A stretch of DNA of 64,000 bases, from contig JBBTUN010000005.1 of assembly GCA_038063735.1 (NCBI GenBank), forward strand, positions 953 through 64,952, read 5' to 3'. The notes under the pieces are model-generated. The model was not told the origin of the DNA, searched no databases, and was given only the letters and a program-made list of their open reading frames with translations. Within the stretch, counting starts at the first letter, position 1. The number at the start of each line of letters is the position of its first letter. The position numbers were made by a program, and so were the translations under genes. Of the stretch, positions 1 to 9,368 are shown one piece after another. The DNA is from Patescibacteria group bacterium. GTDB taxonomy: Bacteria > Patescibacteriota > Microgenomatia > Curtissbacterales > GWA2-41-24.

Positions 1-973
1 TTCAAAATATCACAACATAAGCCTAAGAGAATTTGCCCTTAAAAAAGGAATGTCTCTTTCTGAACACGGCATTAAATACAAAGGCAAACTATATAAGTTC
101 CCCAACGAAGTCTCCTTTTACAAGTTCCTGGGTCTTGATTATATAGAACCGGAGCTAAGAGAAGACAATGGAGAAATAGAAGCAGCTATGCACTCCGCAC
201 AGGGTAAAAGCGATGGCCTGCCCAAACTGGTAGAGCTAAAAGATATAAAAGGAGATTTGCATATTCATTCCGACTATCCAATAGAACCAAGTCACGATCT
301 GGGGACAAGCTCTCAGGAAGTGTTGGTTAAAAGAGGAAAACAACTTAAATATGAATATATTGGCCTGTCAGATCACTCACCGGGTGTTTCAAATCATACA
401 AAAACCCAAATTATCGAACTAATTAAGAAGAGAAAAGATAAAATAGAACACTTAAAATCCTCATTTAAAAATATAAGAATACTAAATTTACTCGAAATAG
501 ATATTTTAGCCAGCGGCGAGCTGTCCGTTCCACCGGAAGGGCTAAATTTGCTGGATGGGGCAATTGCCGGCATTCACTCAAACCACAATCAGGATAAGGC
601 CACCATTACTAAAAGATTATTAACGGCAATAAGCCACCCAAAAGTTAAAGTGATTTCTCACCCAACCGGTAGAATGTTGGGTCAGCGCGAGGGCAGTGAT
701 GCCGACTGGGAAATTATATTTAAAGCATGCTCCAAAACCAATACTTATTTAGAAATAAACGCTTGGCCAACCAGGCTGGATTTACCGGACACGCTTGTTT
801 TTAAAGCAAAAAAATTTGGCGTAAAGTTTGTTACAAGTACCGATTCTCACGACGTTAGGCATATGGACAACATGAATTTTGCACTGTCGGTGGCCCGACG
901 CGGTTGGGCGACAAAGAAAGATATAATCAATTCTCTAGCTTCTATTGAATTTGCGCGAGTTTTTGAGATATAA
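1..973 (+). CDS. polX: DNA polymerase X / PHP-domain protein, 5' truncated by the window edge
   Basis: Frame open from base 2 (SKYHNISLREFALKKGMSLSEHG); YIEPELRE, DLHIHS, SDHS, HPTGR, EINA, TDSH motifs. Confidence 0.9.
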   Translation, partial: SKYHNISLREFALKKGMSLSEHGIKYKGKLYKFPNEVSFYKFLGLDYIEPELREDNGEIEAAMHSAQGKSDGLPKLVELKDIKGDLHIHSDYPIEPSHDLGTSSQEVLVKRGKQLKYEYIGLSDHSPGVSNHTKTQIIELIKKRKDKIEHLKSSFKNIRILNLLEIDILASGELSVPPEGLNLLDGAIAGIHSNHNQDKATITKRLLTAISHPKVKVISHPTGRMLGQREGSDADWEIIFKACSKTNTYLEINAWPTRLDLPDTLVFKAKKFGVKFVTSTDSHDVRHMDNMNFALSVARRGWATKKDIINSLASIEFARVFEI

Positions 974-981
974 TCATTGCG

Positions 982-1533
982 ATGATACCTACATATGTTG
1001 TTTTAGGAATTATTGTTGTTGTTGGAATTTTCCTATGGAGCCTGTATAACGGTTTGGTTACAGCCCGCCTTAGGATAAAAGAAGCTTGGTCCCAAATAGA
1101 AGTCCAGCTTAAAAGAAGATCATCACTAATTCCGAACCTCATGGAAACCGTCAAGGGCTATGCCAAGCATGAGAAAGAAGTTTTCGAAAATGTTACCAAA
1201 GCCAGATCAGCAATGCTTGGTGCCAAAAACCCCAAAGAAGCTGCTACAGCGGATAATCAACTAACAGGTGCCTTAAAAACTCTTTTTGCAGTGGCCGAAG
1301 CTTATCCCAAATTAAATGCCTCCGACAATTTTAAAGAACTCCAGGAAGAACTTTCGGACACAGAAACAAAAATTGCTGCTTCCCGTCAGTTTTATAACGC
1401 CAATGTACTGGACTACAATACAAAGATAAAAGTTTTTCCAAACGTAATCTTAGCTGGCTTTCTGGGGTTTAAGGAAGAAGAATTTTTTGAAGCTGGCGAA
1501 GAAGCCCAAAAAGACATTAAAGTTAAATTTTAA
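982..1533 (+). CDS. lemA: LemA family protein
   Basis: N-terminal TM, then YNGLV..EAWSQIEVQLKRR..LIPNL, AEAYPKLNAS. Confidence 0.95.
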   Translation: MIPTYVVLGIIVVVGIFLWSLYNGLVTARLRIKEAWSQIEVQLKRRSSLIPNLMETVKGYAKHEKEVFENVTKARSAMLGAKNPKEAATADNQLTGALKTLFAVAEAYPKLNASDNFKELQEELSDTETKIAASRQFYNANVLDYNTKIKVFPNVILAGFLGFKEEEFFEAGEEAQKDIKVKF

Positions 1534-2438
1534 TGAACTCCCCAAAAATTTTTGCCGGTTCATCAAATGTAAGCCTCACAAAAAAAGTATCAGAGCTCTC
1601 GCGAATTCCACTGGGGAAGATAGATCTGGGTAAATTTTCCGACAGCGAAATAGATGTTTGGGTTGAGGATGACGTAAACAACACAAACGTATTTGTACTT
1701 CAGTCTAATTCCAATCCGGTTAACGATAACATCATAGAACTTGCCCTAATTGCAGATGCCCTAAAGCGCTCGGGCTCTCACTGGATTACGGCAATTATTC
1801 CTTACTTTGGCTATTCCAGAAAAGAAAAGCAATCCCGCCGCGGCGAGCCAATATCTGCCAAGGTGATTGCAGATTTAATAATAGAAAGCGGAGTTAATAA
1901 AGTAATTTGCCTAGATTTGCATGCAGATGCGATTGTCGGCTTTTTTAACGTGCCGGTAATATACTTATCCGCCCTGGAAGTTCTTGCAACAAAATTAAAA
2001 GAAGAAAACCCGACAAACCCAATTGTGGTTGCTCCGGACGTAGGTGGTGTAAAGCGTGCTCGCAACTTCGCATCCATTCTTTCCGCACCACTTGCTGTTA
2101 TAGAAAAGCACAGACAAGTAAACTCCCGGGACAAAATGGAAGTCTTGTCTATGTCAGGGGAAGTCTCTGGCGATACAGCAATAATTATTGACGACGTAAT
2201 CTCAACCGGCGGAACAATAGTACAAAGCGCAAAGGCTCTTTATGAAAAAGGCGTAAAAAAGATTATCGTTTGTGCAACCCACGGAGTTTTTGCGGGAGAC
2301 GCAGTTAAAAACCTCGAGAACAGTCCTGTTGATAAAATAATTGTCACAGATAGCATTCCCCAAAACCAAAAAAGCAAAAAAATAGAAGTCGTATCTGTTG
2401 CCCCGCTAATCGCAAGATGCTTGGCTGAGGAAATCTAG
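1533..2438 (+). CDS. prs: Ribose-phosphate pyrophosphokinase
   Basis: KFSDSEI, PYFGYSR, LDLHA, VAPDVGG, IIDDVISTGGT. Confidence 0.95.
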   Translation: MNSPKIFAGSSNVSLTKKVSELSRIPLGKIDLGKFSDSEIDVWVEDDVNNTNVFVLQSNSNPVNDNIIELALIADALKRSGSHWITAIIPYFGYSRKEKQSRRGEPISAKVIADLIIESGVNKVICLDLHADAIVGFFNVPVIYLSALEVLATKLKEENPTNPIVVAPDVGGVKRARNFASILSAPLAVIEKHRQVNSRDKMEVLSMSGEVSGDTAIIIDDVISTGGTIVQSAKALYEKGVKKIIVCATHGVFAGDAVKNLENSPVDKIIVTDSIPQNQKSKKIEVVSVAPLIARCLAEEI

Positions 2439-3217
2439 TGAATTTCGCCGACAAACTTTCCCGAATCACAGGTAAAAACAATAGCCTTCTTTGCATAGGG
2501 CTCGATCCGGATATCGGGAAAATTTCCGAAAATCTCTCAATATTTGAGTTCAACAAATCAATAATCGATTCAACTTCAGACTTAGTTTGTGCCTATAAGC
2601 CAAACATCGCCTTTTACGAAGCATATGGTATAGACGGTTTAATCCAACTCAAGTCAACCATCGATTATTTAAAAAAAGAGCATCCCCAAATACCAATCGT
2701 ACTTGACGCCAAAAGAGCAGACATCCCAAATACTGCCAAGATGTACGCTAAAGCCTTCTTTGAATATTGGCAGGCAGACGCAGTCACTGTCTATCCGAAC
2801 CTGGGGCTGGATTCTATAAAACCGTTTTTAGAGTACGAAGACAAATTAACAATTTTACTTATTAAAACTTCAAATGCCGATTCGGGAATGTTTCAAAATA
2901 TTCAAACTAAAAATGGCCCGTATTACTTGGACCTTGCCAAAACCATTAGTCGCTGGCACTACGATAATCTCGGAATTTTCGTCGGAGCGACTTACCCTCA
3001 AGAGCTAAGGGTAGTGCGCGAAATATTTCCTGATAAAATTTTTCTATCCGCCGGTTTCGGCGCGCAAGAGGGAGAAGTAGGGCACGCGGTGAAAGCCGGG
3101 ATTGATAAAAACAGTGCAGGGATTATGTTTAACGCCAGTCGTAGTATAATCTACAGCCAGGGTCCAAAATCTGCCGCACAAAAATTAAGAGATGAAATCA
3201 ACAAATATCGAAAGTAA
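2438..3217 (+). CDS. pyrF: Orotidine-5'-phosphate decarboxylase (type 2)
   Basis: LCIGLDP, AYKPNIAFYE, LDAKRADI, VGATYP, NASRSII. Confidence 0.95.
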   Translation: MNFADKLSRITGKNNSLLCIGLDPDIGKISENLSIFEFNKSIIDSTSDLVCAYKPNIAFYEAYGIDGLIQLKSTIDYLKKEHPQIPIVLDAKRADIPNTAKMYAKAFFEYWQADAVTVYPNLGLDSIKPFLEYEDKLTILLIKTSNADSGMFQNIQTKNGPYYLDLAKTISRWHYDNLGIFVGATYPQELRVVREIFPDKIFLSAGFGAQEGEVGHAVKAGIDKNSAGIMFNASRSIIYSQGPKSAAQKLRDEINKYRK

Positions 3218-3830
3218 AAAAGTCGCAGAGATCCTTCTCGATATCGGAGCTGTTTTATTTTCCCGCAACAAACCTTTTAAATTCGATTCCGGAATCTTGA
3301 GTCCGGTATACACGGATAATCGTTTAATAATTTCGCATCCTAAGGAGCGCGAAAAAGTAGTCGCGCTTTTCGTAAACAAGATAAAAGAAATTGGCATCCC
3401 GGATGTCGTTGCCGGAACGGCAACTGCCGGCATCCCGCACGCTGCGTTTATCGCCCAAAAGTTAAAAATCCCAATGGTGTACGTACGGTCAAAACCAAAA
3501 GAGCATGGTCGCGGCAACCAGGTAGAAGGCCAATTGAAAAGAGGGCAAAAAATAATTGTTGTTGAAGATTTAATTTCTACAGCAGGTTCATCGATAAGGG
3601 TGGTGGAAGCTCTTCGAAAACAAGGTGCAATCGTTACCGACGCAATCGCCATTTTTACCTATAATTTAGATGCTGCGATCGATAATCTCAAAAAGGCTAA
3701 GATTAAATTACATGCCCTGACCAATCTGAGCGATGCCTGTGAAGTTGCCAGGAAAAAAGGGTTTCTGAAGGCAGGACAGATAAACGCAATACAAGCATGG
3801 GCAAAAGACCCAAAAAGTTGGAAACAGTGA
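3192..3830 (+). CDS. pyrE: Orotate phosphoribosyltransferase
   Basis: SGILSPVYTDNR, YVRSKPKEHG, VVEDLISTAGS. Confidence 0.95.
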   Translation: MKSTNIESKKVAEILLDIGAVLFSRNKPFKFDSGILSPVYTDNRLIISHPKEREKVVALFVNKIKEIGIPDVVAGTATAGIPHAAFIAQKLKIPMVYVRSKPKEHGRGNQVEGQLKRGQKIIVVEDLISTAGSSIRVVEALRKQGAIVTDAIAIFTYNLDAAIDNLKKAKIKLHALTNLSDACEVARKKGFLKAGQINAIQAWAKDPKSWKQ

Positions 3831-3846
3831 ATGAAGTTTGAATAAA

Positions 3847-4779
3847 ATGACAGATATATCAACAAAAATTGCAGGTGTAAAACTCGAAACTTGCGTTATC
3901 AATACCTCAGGGCCCGCTGACGAAACGCTAAAGCAGCTAGAAATTATCGCCAAATCGGCTTCCTCCGCAATCACAATGAAATCTTGCACACTTGAAGCGC
4001 GGGAAGGAAATCCGCAACCTCGGTATGCAAATCTTGAATTTGGCTCAATAAACTCAATGGGTTTGCCTAATTTGGGATATAAGGCTTATGTTGAATTTTC
4101 CAAAATTCTAAAGAAGAAATATAAAAAACCGATAGTTGCCAGTATATCCGGGATGAGCCTGGAAGACAATATAAAAATATTTAAAGCTTTTAACAATTCA
4201 CCAGTTGATATTATAGAATTTAATCCAGGTTCGCCAAACACAATTGGCAAACCAATTGTGGGTTATGACCCAAAAGAAACTGAAAGGTTACTAAAAGGTG
4301 TATCAAGAGTAGCAAAAAAACCTTTTGGGGTTAAGCTGCCCCCATATTTCGACTTAAACCAGTATGAAGAAATTGCCAAAGTCATTAAAAAATATCCCGT
4401 AAAATTCGTAACTTGCATAAACTCAGTTGGCAATGGTCTTGCAATAGATCCAAAAACGGAAAGACCACTTATCAAACCAAAAGGTGGCTTTGGTGGCATA
4501 GGCGGTAGATATATAAAGTTTGCAGCTCTTGCAAACGTCCGCAGGTTCTATGAAATTTTTGAAGATAAAATCCAAGTGATTGGAGTCGGAGGGGTTTATT
4601 CTGGAACAGATGCTTTCGAATTTATCCTTGCTGGTGCATCGGCAATTCAAATCGGGACAGCTTTTTTACAAAATGGATCTGGGATTTTTGCCAAAGTCCA
4701 AAAAGAGTTAAAATTAATAATGGACAAAAAGGGATATAAGAAAATCTCTGATTTCCGAGGGAAACTTAAACCTCTTTAA
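3847..4779 (+). CDS. pyrD: Dihydroorotate dehydrogenase, class 1A-like
   Basis: GSINSMGLPNLG, VKLPPYFD, INSVGNGL, KPKGGFGGIGG, ALANVR; ATG at 3847 preferred to TTG 3838. Confidence 0.92.
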   Translation: MTDISTKIAGVKLETCVINTSGPADETLKQLEIIAKSASSAITMKSCTLEAREGNPQPRYANLEFGSINSMGLPNLGYKAYVEFSKILKKKYKKPIVASISGMSLEDNIKIFKAFNNSPVDIIEFNPGSPNTIGKPIVGYDPKETERLLKGVSRVAKKPFGVKLPPYFDLNQYEEIAKVIKKYPVKFVTCINSVGNGLAIDPKTERPLIKPKGGFGGIGGRYIKFAALANVRRFYEIFEDKIQVIGVGGVYSGTDAFEFILAGASAIQIGTAFLQNGSGIFAKVQKELKLIMDKKGYKKISDFRGKLKPL

Positions 4780-5306
4780 ATCTTCGTAATCTTTTCCGCG
4801 GGACAGATCCAGACTTGAATAGTCCTTTGGCGAATGGGATTTTTGCCTTTTCCATCCCTGCCGTCAAATTCAAACGCAGCAACCTGCTGATATTTACCAA
4901 GCTCCAGTTTTCCGGATAAAACAGGTACCACAACACTTGGGTGCGAGTAAGTCAATGTCCGAATATGGGCAGCCGCATTGTAATCTTCGTCAATCTCATT
5001 GCAGTACGGATTATCCTGACACCTGTGTCTGTAATCTGTTGTAGGGTGGGCATATTCTTTGGAAACTCGGGTAGATCTTCTGTCTTCCGGAATTGTATGG
5101 AGTGTGTGATGCAAAATATCCTTTAGAAGGTTTGGTTCTGCGATTTCGTTAACAACAATCCCCAACGTCGTATGTTTGGTATTCACGAAGACAAAACCTT
5201 CGCGCACTTTGGCCCTTATAATTGCGGCATTGATTTTATCCGTTATATCCAAAAAATACGTAGATTCTGTTGAAGGAAACTTTATTTCGTGTAAAAAAGC
5301 TCTCAT
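4776..5306 (-). CDS. yjbQ: YjbQ / UPF0047 family protein
   Basis: DITD..I, HTT.GI.VNE, NAAAHIR, LELGKYQ, EFDG. Confidence 0.8.
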   Translation of the reverse strand: MRAFLHEIKFPSTESTYFLDITDKINAAIIRAKVREGFVFVNTKHTTLGIVVNEIAEPNLLKDILHHTLHTIPEDRRSTRVSKEYAHPTTDYRHRCQDNPYCNEIDEDYNAAAHIRTLTYSHPSVVVPVLSGKLELGKYQQVAAFEFDGRDGKGKNPIRQRTIQVWICPAEKITKI

Positions 5307-5393
5307 TAAAACTTAACAACAATTCTAACATGTCTCGCAAGTTTAAACTGCAGTTGATATTAAGGTATAATTCAACCTAAATCGGGAGCATTC

Positions 5394-6305
5394 ATGACGG
5401 CCTATACCCAAGTATCTGCAAACAAACTCAAAACGTGGTTAATTATGTTTTTCTTTGCCACATTTTTAACAGCAGTTATTTTTATCTTTGCCAGTGCGTG
5501 GGGGTTTGATTATCCTTCTGCGCTAAGCTTTTCGGGATTTGCACTAATTATCGCAGGCATTATGAATTTTTTTAGCTATTACAACAGTGACAAAATTGTT
5601 ATGGCAATATCCGGCGCCAAACAAATTCAAAAAAAAGATGACCCAACGCTGTTTAGAACAATAGAAAACTTAAGTATTGCCTCCGGTTTACCAATGCCGA
5701 AGGTTTACATAATAAACGACAGCGCGCCCAACGCGTTTGCAACAGGTCGTGATCCACAGCACGCAGCAATTGCTTTTACAACCGGAATTCTCGAGAAGCT
5801 CAATAAATTAGAATTAGAAGGGGTAGCGGCGCACGAACTTTCACACGTGGGCAATTACGACACTCGCCTTATGGCAATTGTATCGATTCTCGTTGGAACA
5901 ATAGCATTGGCAGCTGATTTTTTCCTGAGAATCTCCTTCTTTTCCCGAGGTGACAGAGACGACGACAGGCAAGGCAATGCAATTTTTATGGTGCTGGGGC
6001 TGGTAATGGCAATTCTTGCACCAATTGTGGCGACGCTAATTCAACTAGCTATCTCCCGCAAAAGAGAGTTTCTGGCAGACGCATCCAGTGCACTTTTAAC
6101 ACGCGATCCGGATTCTCTTGCCAACGCTCTACTTAAAATTTCAGCAGACAAAGAACCACTGGAAGTTGCCAATAAAGCAACAGCGCACTTGTATATTACA
6201 AACCCGCTAAAAAATAACAAAGACGCAAGGAGTATGTTTGCCAATCTCTTTAACACTCACCCACCGATTACCGATAGAGTAAAAGCCCTACGCGCAATGC
6301 AATAA
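5394..6305 (+). CDS. htpX: M48 zinc metalloprotease HtpX
   Basis: PNAFATGR, HELSH, SRKREFLAD, THPP. Confidence 0.95.
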   Translation: MTAYTQVSANKLKTWLIMFFFATFLTAVIFIFASAWGFDYPSALSFSGFALIIAGIMNFFSYYNSDKIVMAISGAKQIQKKDDPTLFRTIENLSIASGLPMPKVYIINDSAPNAFATGRDPQHAAIAFTTGILEKLNKLELEGVAAHELSHVGNYDTRLMAIVSILVGTIALAADFFLRISFFSRGDRDDDRQGNAIFMVLGLVMAILAPIVATLIQLAISRKREFLADASSALLTRDPDSLANALLKISADKEPLEVANKATAHLYITNPLKNNKDARSMFANLFNTHPPITDRVKALRAMQ

Positions 6306-6310
6306 CAAAT

Positions 6311-6604
6311 ATGTCAAAAGTCAAAATAGATATTAATCATATTGCAAAGCTAGCAAATTTACCGCTGTCTGCGGAGGAAGAAAAAACTTACGACAAACAA
6401 TTAACCGCCATTTTAGAATATGTAAAGCATGTCGAGTCTGTCGACACAAAAGACGTAGAACCAACGTTTAACGTTACCCCGAACAAAAATATTACTCGCA
6501 AAGACACTGCGAGTAAATCTCTTACTCAAGACGAAGCATTAAATAACGTATCAAACAAAAAAAATGGTTTTGTGGTAACCGGAGGGGTCTTTGAAAATGA
6601 GTGA
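6311..6604 (+). CDS. gatC: Asp/Glu-tRNA amidotransferase subunit C
   Basis: HIAKLANL, VDTKDVEPT, upstream of gatA. Confidence 0.9.
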   Translation: MSKVKIDINHIAKLANLPLSAEEEKTYDKQLTAILEYVKHVESVDTKDVEPTFNVTPNKNITRKDTASKSLTQDEALNNVSNKKNGFVVTGGVFENE

Positions 6605-7946
6605 TTTAACTCAACTTACTCTCACAGAAACAATCAGCGGTTTGGAGAAAAAAGATTTTTCTACAGAGGAACTAAACGGTGCATATTTAACAAGAATAAA
6701 AAAACTAAACCCAAAACTTAATTCATATTTATTTGTAAACGAAGAATCTAACAAAATTCCCGCTGCAATTAAAGACATTATTTCGGTAAAAGGGATGCCT
6801 TTGACCTGCGGCTCAAAAATCCTGGAAGGTTATATTCCTCCATATAATGCTACCGTTATCAAAAAGCTAATGGCAAACAGCGTTTCTGTTCTGGGCAAAA
6901 CAAATCTTGACGAATTTGCCATGGGTTCATCAGGTGAAAACTCAGCCTATGAGAAAGCGAGAAATCCTTGGGATGTTTCAAAAGTTCCGGGTGGATCATC
7001 ATCCGGATCCGCAGTCGCTGTTGCCGCGGATCTTTGCGCTTTTGCACTTGGAACAGATACTGGTGGTTCCATCCGTCAGCCTGCATCTTTATGCGGAGTT
7101 GTTGGTCTCAAACCTAGTTACGGAAGGGTTTCCAGATACGGCGCCCAGTCAATGGCGTCGTCGCTTGACCAGATTGGGCCAATCACGAAAACTGTAGCCG
7201 ACGCAAGATTAGTTCTCAATTGGATTGAAGGGGCAGACGGAAAAGACAACAACGCAGTCCCAAATCCCAAATCCCAAATCCCAAATCCCAAATCGATAAA
7301 AGGTACAAAAATCGGTGTGCCGATTGAGTACTTTGCAAAGGGGCTGGATCAAGACGTCGAAGAAGTAATCAACACTGCCCTAAACAAATTAAAAGACCTT
7401 GGCGCAGAAACGGTAGAAGTGTCTCTCCCCCACACGCAATATTCCGTGGCAACTTATTATCTACTTATGGCCTCTGAAGTATCTTCCAATTTGGCAAGGT
7501 ATGACGGCATTCGTTTTGGAAAAGACAGGAGTAAGTTTGGACCGGAGGCAAAAAGAAGAATAATTCTGGGAACATTTGCACTGTCTGCAGGGTACTTTGA
7601 AGATTATTTCATAAAAGCTGCAAAAGTGAGAACTCTTATCAAACAGGATTTTGAAAAAGCTTTCCAAAAGTGCGACGTTATCGCCGGCCCTGTCTCGCCA
7701 ACAGTTGCCTGGAACTTAGGCGAAAAAATCAGCGACCCCCTAACAATGTACCTTTCCGATATTTACACGCTCTCAGCCTCACTTGCCGGTATTCCGGGCC
7801 TTTCCGTCCCTTGCGGTTTTTCGGCTGGTCTTCCGGTCGGTCTCCAACTGCTTGGCGAATATATGGACGAAGAAACAATATTATCAGTTGGTGAAATCTA
7901 TCAATCTGCAACAGATTGGCACAAACAAAAACCGGGTTTGAATTAA
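6597..7946 (+). CDS. gatA: Asp/Glu-tRNA amidotransferase subunit A
   Basis: Amidase signature GKTNLDEFAMGSS, PGGSSSGS, GTDTGGSIRQPA; SSNLARYDG. Confidence 0.97.
   Translation: MSDLTQLTLTETISGLEKKDFSTEELNGAYLTRIKKLNPKLNSYLFVNEESNKIPAAIKDIISVKGMPLTCGSKILEGYIPPYNATVIKKLMANSVSVLGKTNLDEFAMGSSGENSAYEKARNPWDVSKVPGGSSSGSAVAVAADLCAFALGTDTGGSIRQPASLCGVVGLKPSYGRVSRYGAQSMASSLDQIGPITKTVADARLVLNWIEGADGKDNNAVPNPKSQIPNPKSIKGTKIGVPIEYFAKGLDQDVEEVINTALNKLKDLGAETVEVSLPHTQYSVATYYLLMASEVSSNLARYDGIRFGKDRSKFGPEAKRRIILGTFALSAGYFEDYFIKAAKVRTLIKQDFEKAFQKCDVIAGPVSPTVAWNLGEKISDPLTMYLSDIYTLSASLAGIPGLSVPCGFSAGLPVGLQLLGEYMDEETILSVGEIYQSATDWHKQKPGLN
7259..7293. repeat. Perfect heptamer tandem repeat (CCCAAAT)x5 inside gatA
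   Basis: Read directly; encodes PNPKSQIPNPKS. Confidence 0.95.
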
Positions 7947-7974
7947 GATTTATGAACTAAGTATATAAAAGCCT

Positions 7975-9312
7975 ATGGACAATCAACAATCAACCACCAA
8001 CAAATCTTGGGAAACAGTCATAGGCGTTGAAATCCATATAGAAACAAACACAAAAACCAAAATGTTTTGTGGCTGCTCTGCCGATTATTTTGGTGCCAAA
8101 CCAAATACCCACACCTGCCCTGTCTGCCTGGGGCTGCCAGGGGCTTTACCATTTATAAACCAGGAGGCGATAGAAAAATGTATAAAAATTGGTCTGGCTC
8201 TTGGGTGCAGCATAAGTGAACACTCACTCTTTGAACGTAAAAACTATTTTTACCCTGATTTGCCAAAAGGATACCAGATTTCCCAATACCGCTGGCCGCT
8301 TTGCACCAATGGGACAATTGAAATAGACGGGGAATATGGTAAAAAAACTATTCGGATTAATCGTGCGCATCAGGAAGAAGACACCGGAAAATTAACACAC
8401 ATTGGCAGTGAAACATTTATAGATTTTAACAGGTCAGGTTTGCCACTAGTCGAGGTGGTAACGGAAGCGGATTTTAGAAACTCTGAGGAGGTCCGTGACT
8501 ACGCAAAGAAGCTTCAACAAATCATAAAATCAATTGGAGTCTCCGAAGCCAATATGGAGAAAGGGGATATGCGCCTTGAGGCTAATGTTTCTGTTAGGCC
8601 CCAAGGACAAGAAGATTTGGCCCCTTACCGGGTAGAGTTAAAAAATATTAACAGTTTTAAATTCATTGGGGATGCCATAGATTATGAAGTCGAAAGACAA
8701 ATAAAATTATTAGAAAAAGGAGAAAAGATTACCCAGCATACAAGAGGCTATAACGAGCGCAAAAAAGAAACATTTTTACAGAGGGAAAAAGAAGAGGCAA
8801 ACGACTATAGATACTTTCCAGAGCCGGATTTACCGCCATTATCCGTAGCAAAAGAAGAAGTTGAAAAAATAAGAGCTGGTCTCGCAGAACTACCCGGCAA
8901 AAAAATAGCAAATCTTGAAAAAATTGGCGTTAGTGAAAAAGTTGCTGTGATAATTACAGCCAGCGACCAAAAGTTTGATATTTTCCAAGAAGCGATAACA
9001 AAGATTGATTCGGCCGAAATTGCACCTCTAGCAACATTTTTTGTCAATCAAGGATCCAAGAGCCAATCAGCAGAAGAGCTATTGGAGCTGTTCAAGAGTG
9101 TAACTCAACAAAAATCAACCCAAATTCAAGATGAAGGAGAGCTGACTAAAATAGCAAAAGAGGTAATTGGCGAAAACGAAAAGGTTATTGCTGATTATAA
9201 AAGCGGCAAATTAAACGCTGTGCAAATTCTAATAGGCCAATTAATGAAAAAAACCCAAGGAAAAGCCGACCCTATCAAGGCAAAAAATATCTTAGTAAAA
9301 CTACTCAGCTAG
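7975..9312 (+). CDS. gatB: Asp/Glu-tRNA amidotransferase subunit B
   Basis: IGVEIH, CPVCLGLPGALP, RKNYFYPDLPKGYQISQ, DYRYFPEPDL. Confidence 0.97.
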   Translation: MDNQQSTTNKSWETVIGVEIHIETNTKTKMFCGCSADYFGAKPNTHTCPVCLGLPGALPFINQEAIEKCIKIGLALGCSISEHSLFERKNYFYPDLPKGYQISQYRWPLCTNGTIEIDGEYGKKTIRINRAHQEEDTGKLTHIGSETFIDFNRSGLPLVEVVTEADFRNSEEVRDYAKKLQQIIKSIGVSEANMEKGDMRLEANVSVRPQGQEDLAPYRVELKNINSFKFIGDAIDYEVERQIKLLEKGEKITQHTRGYNERKKETFLQREKEEANDYRYFPEPDLPPLSVAKEEVEKIRAGLAELPGKKIANLEKIGVSEKVAVIITASDQKFDIFQEAITKIDSAEIAPLATFFVNQGSKSQSAEELLELFKSVTQQKSTQIQDEGELTKIAKEVIGENEKVIADYKSGKLNAVQILIGQLMKKTQGKADPIKAKNILVKLLS

Positions 9313-9368
9313 CAAAAGACCTGGCCTTAACTAAATACCTTCAAATAGTGCTAAAATAAGCCTAGATT

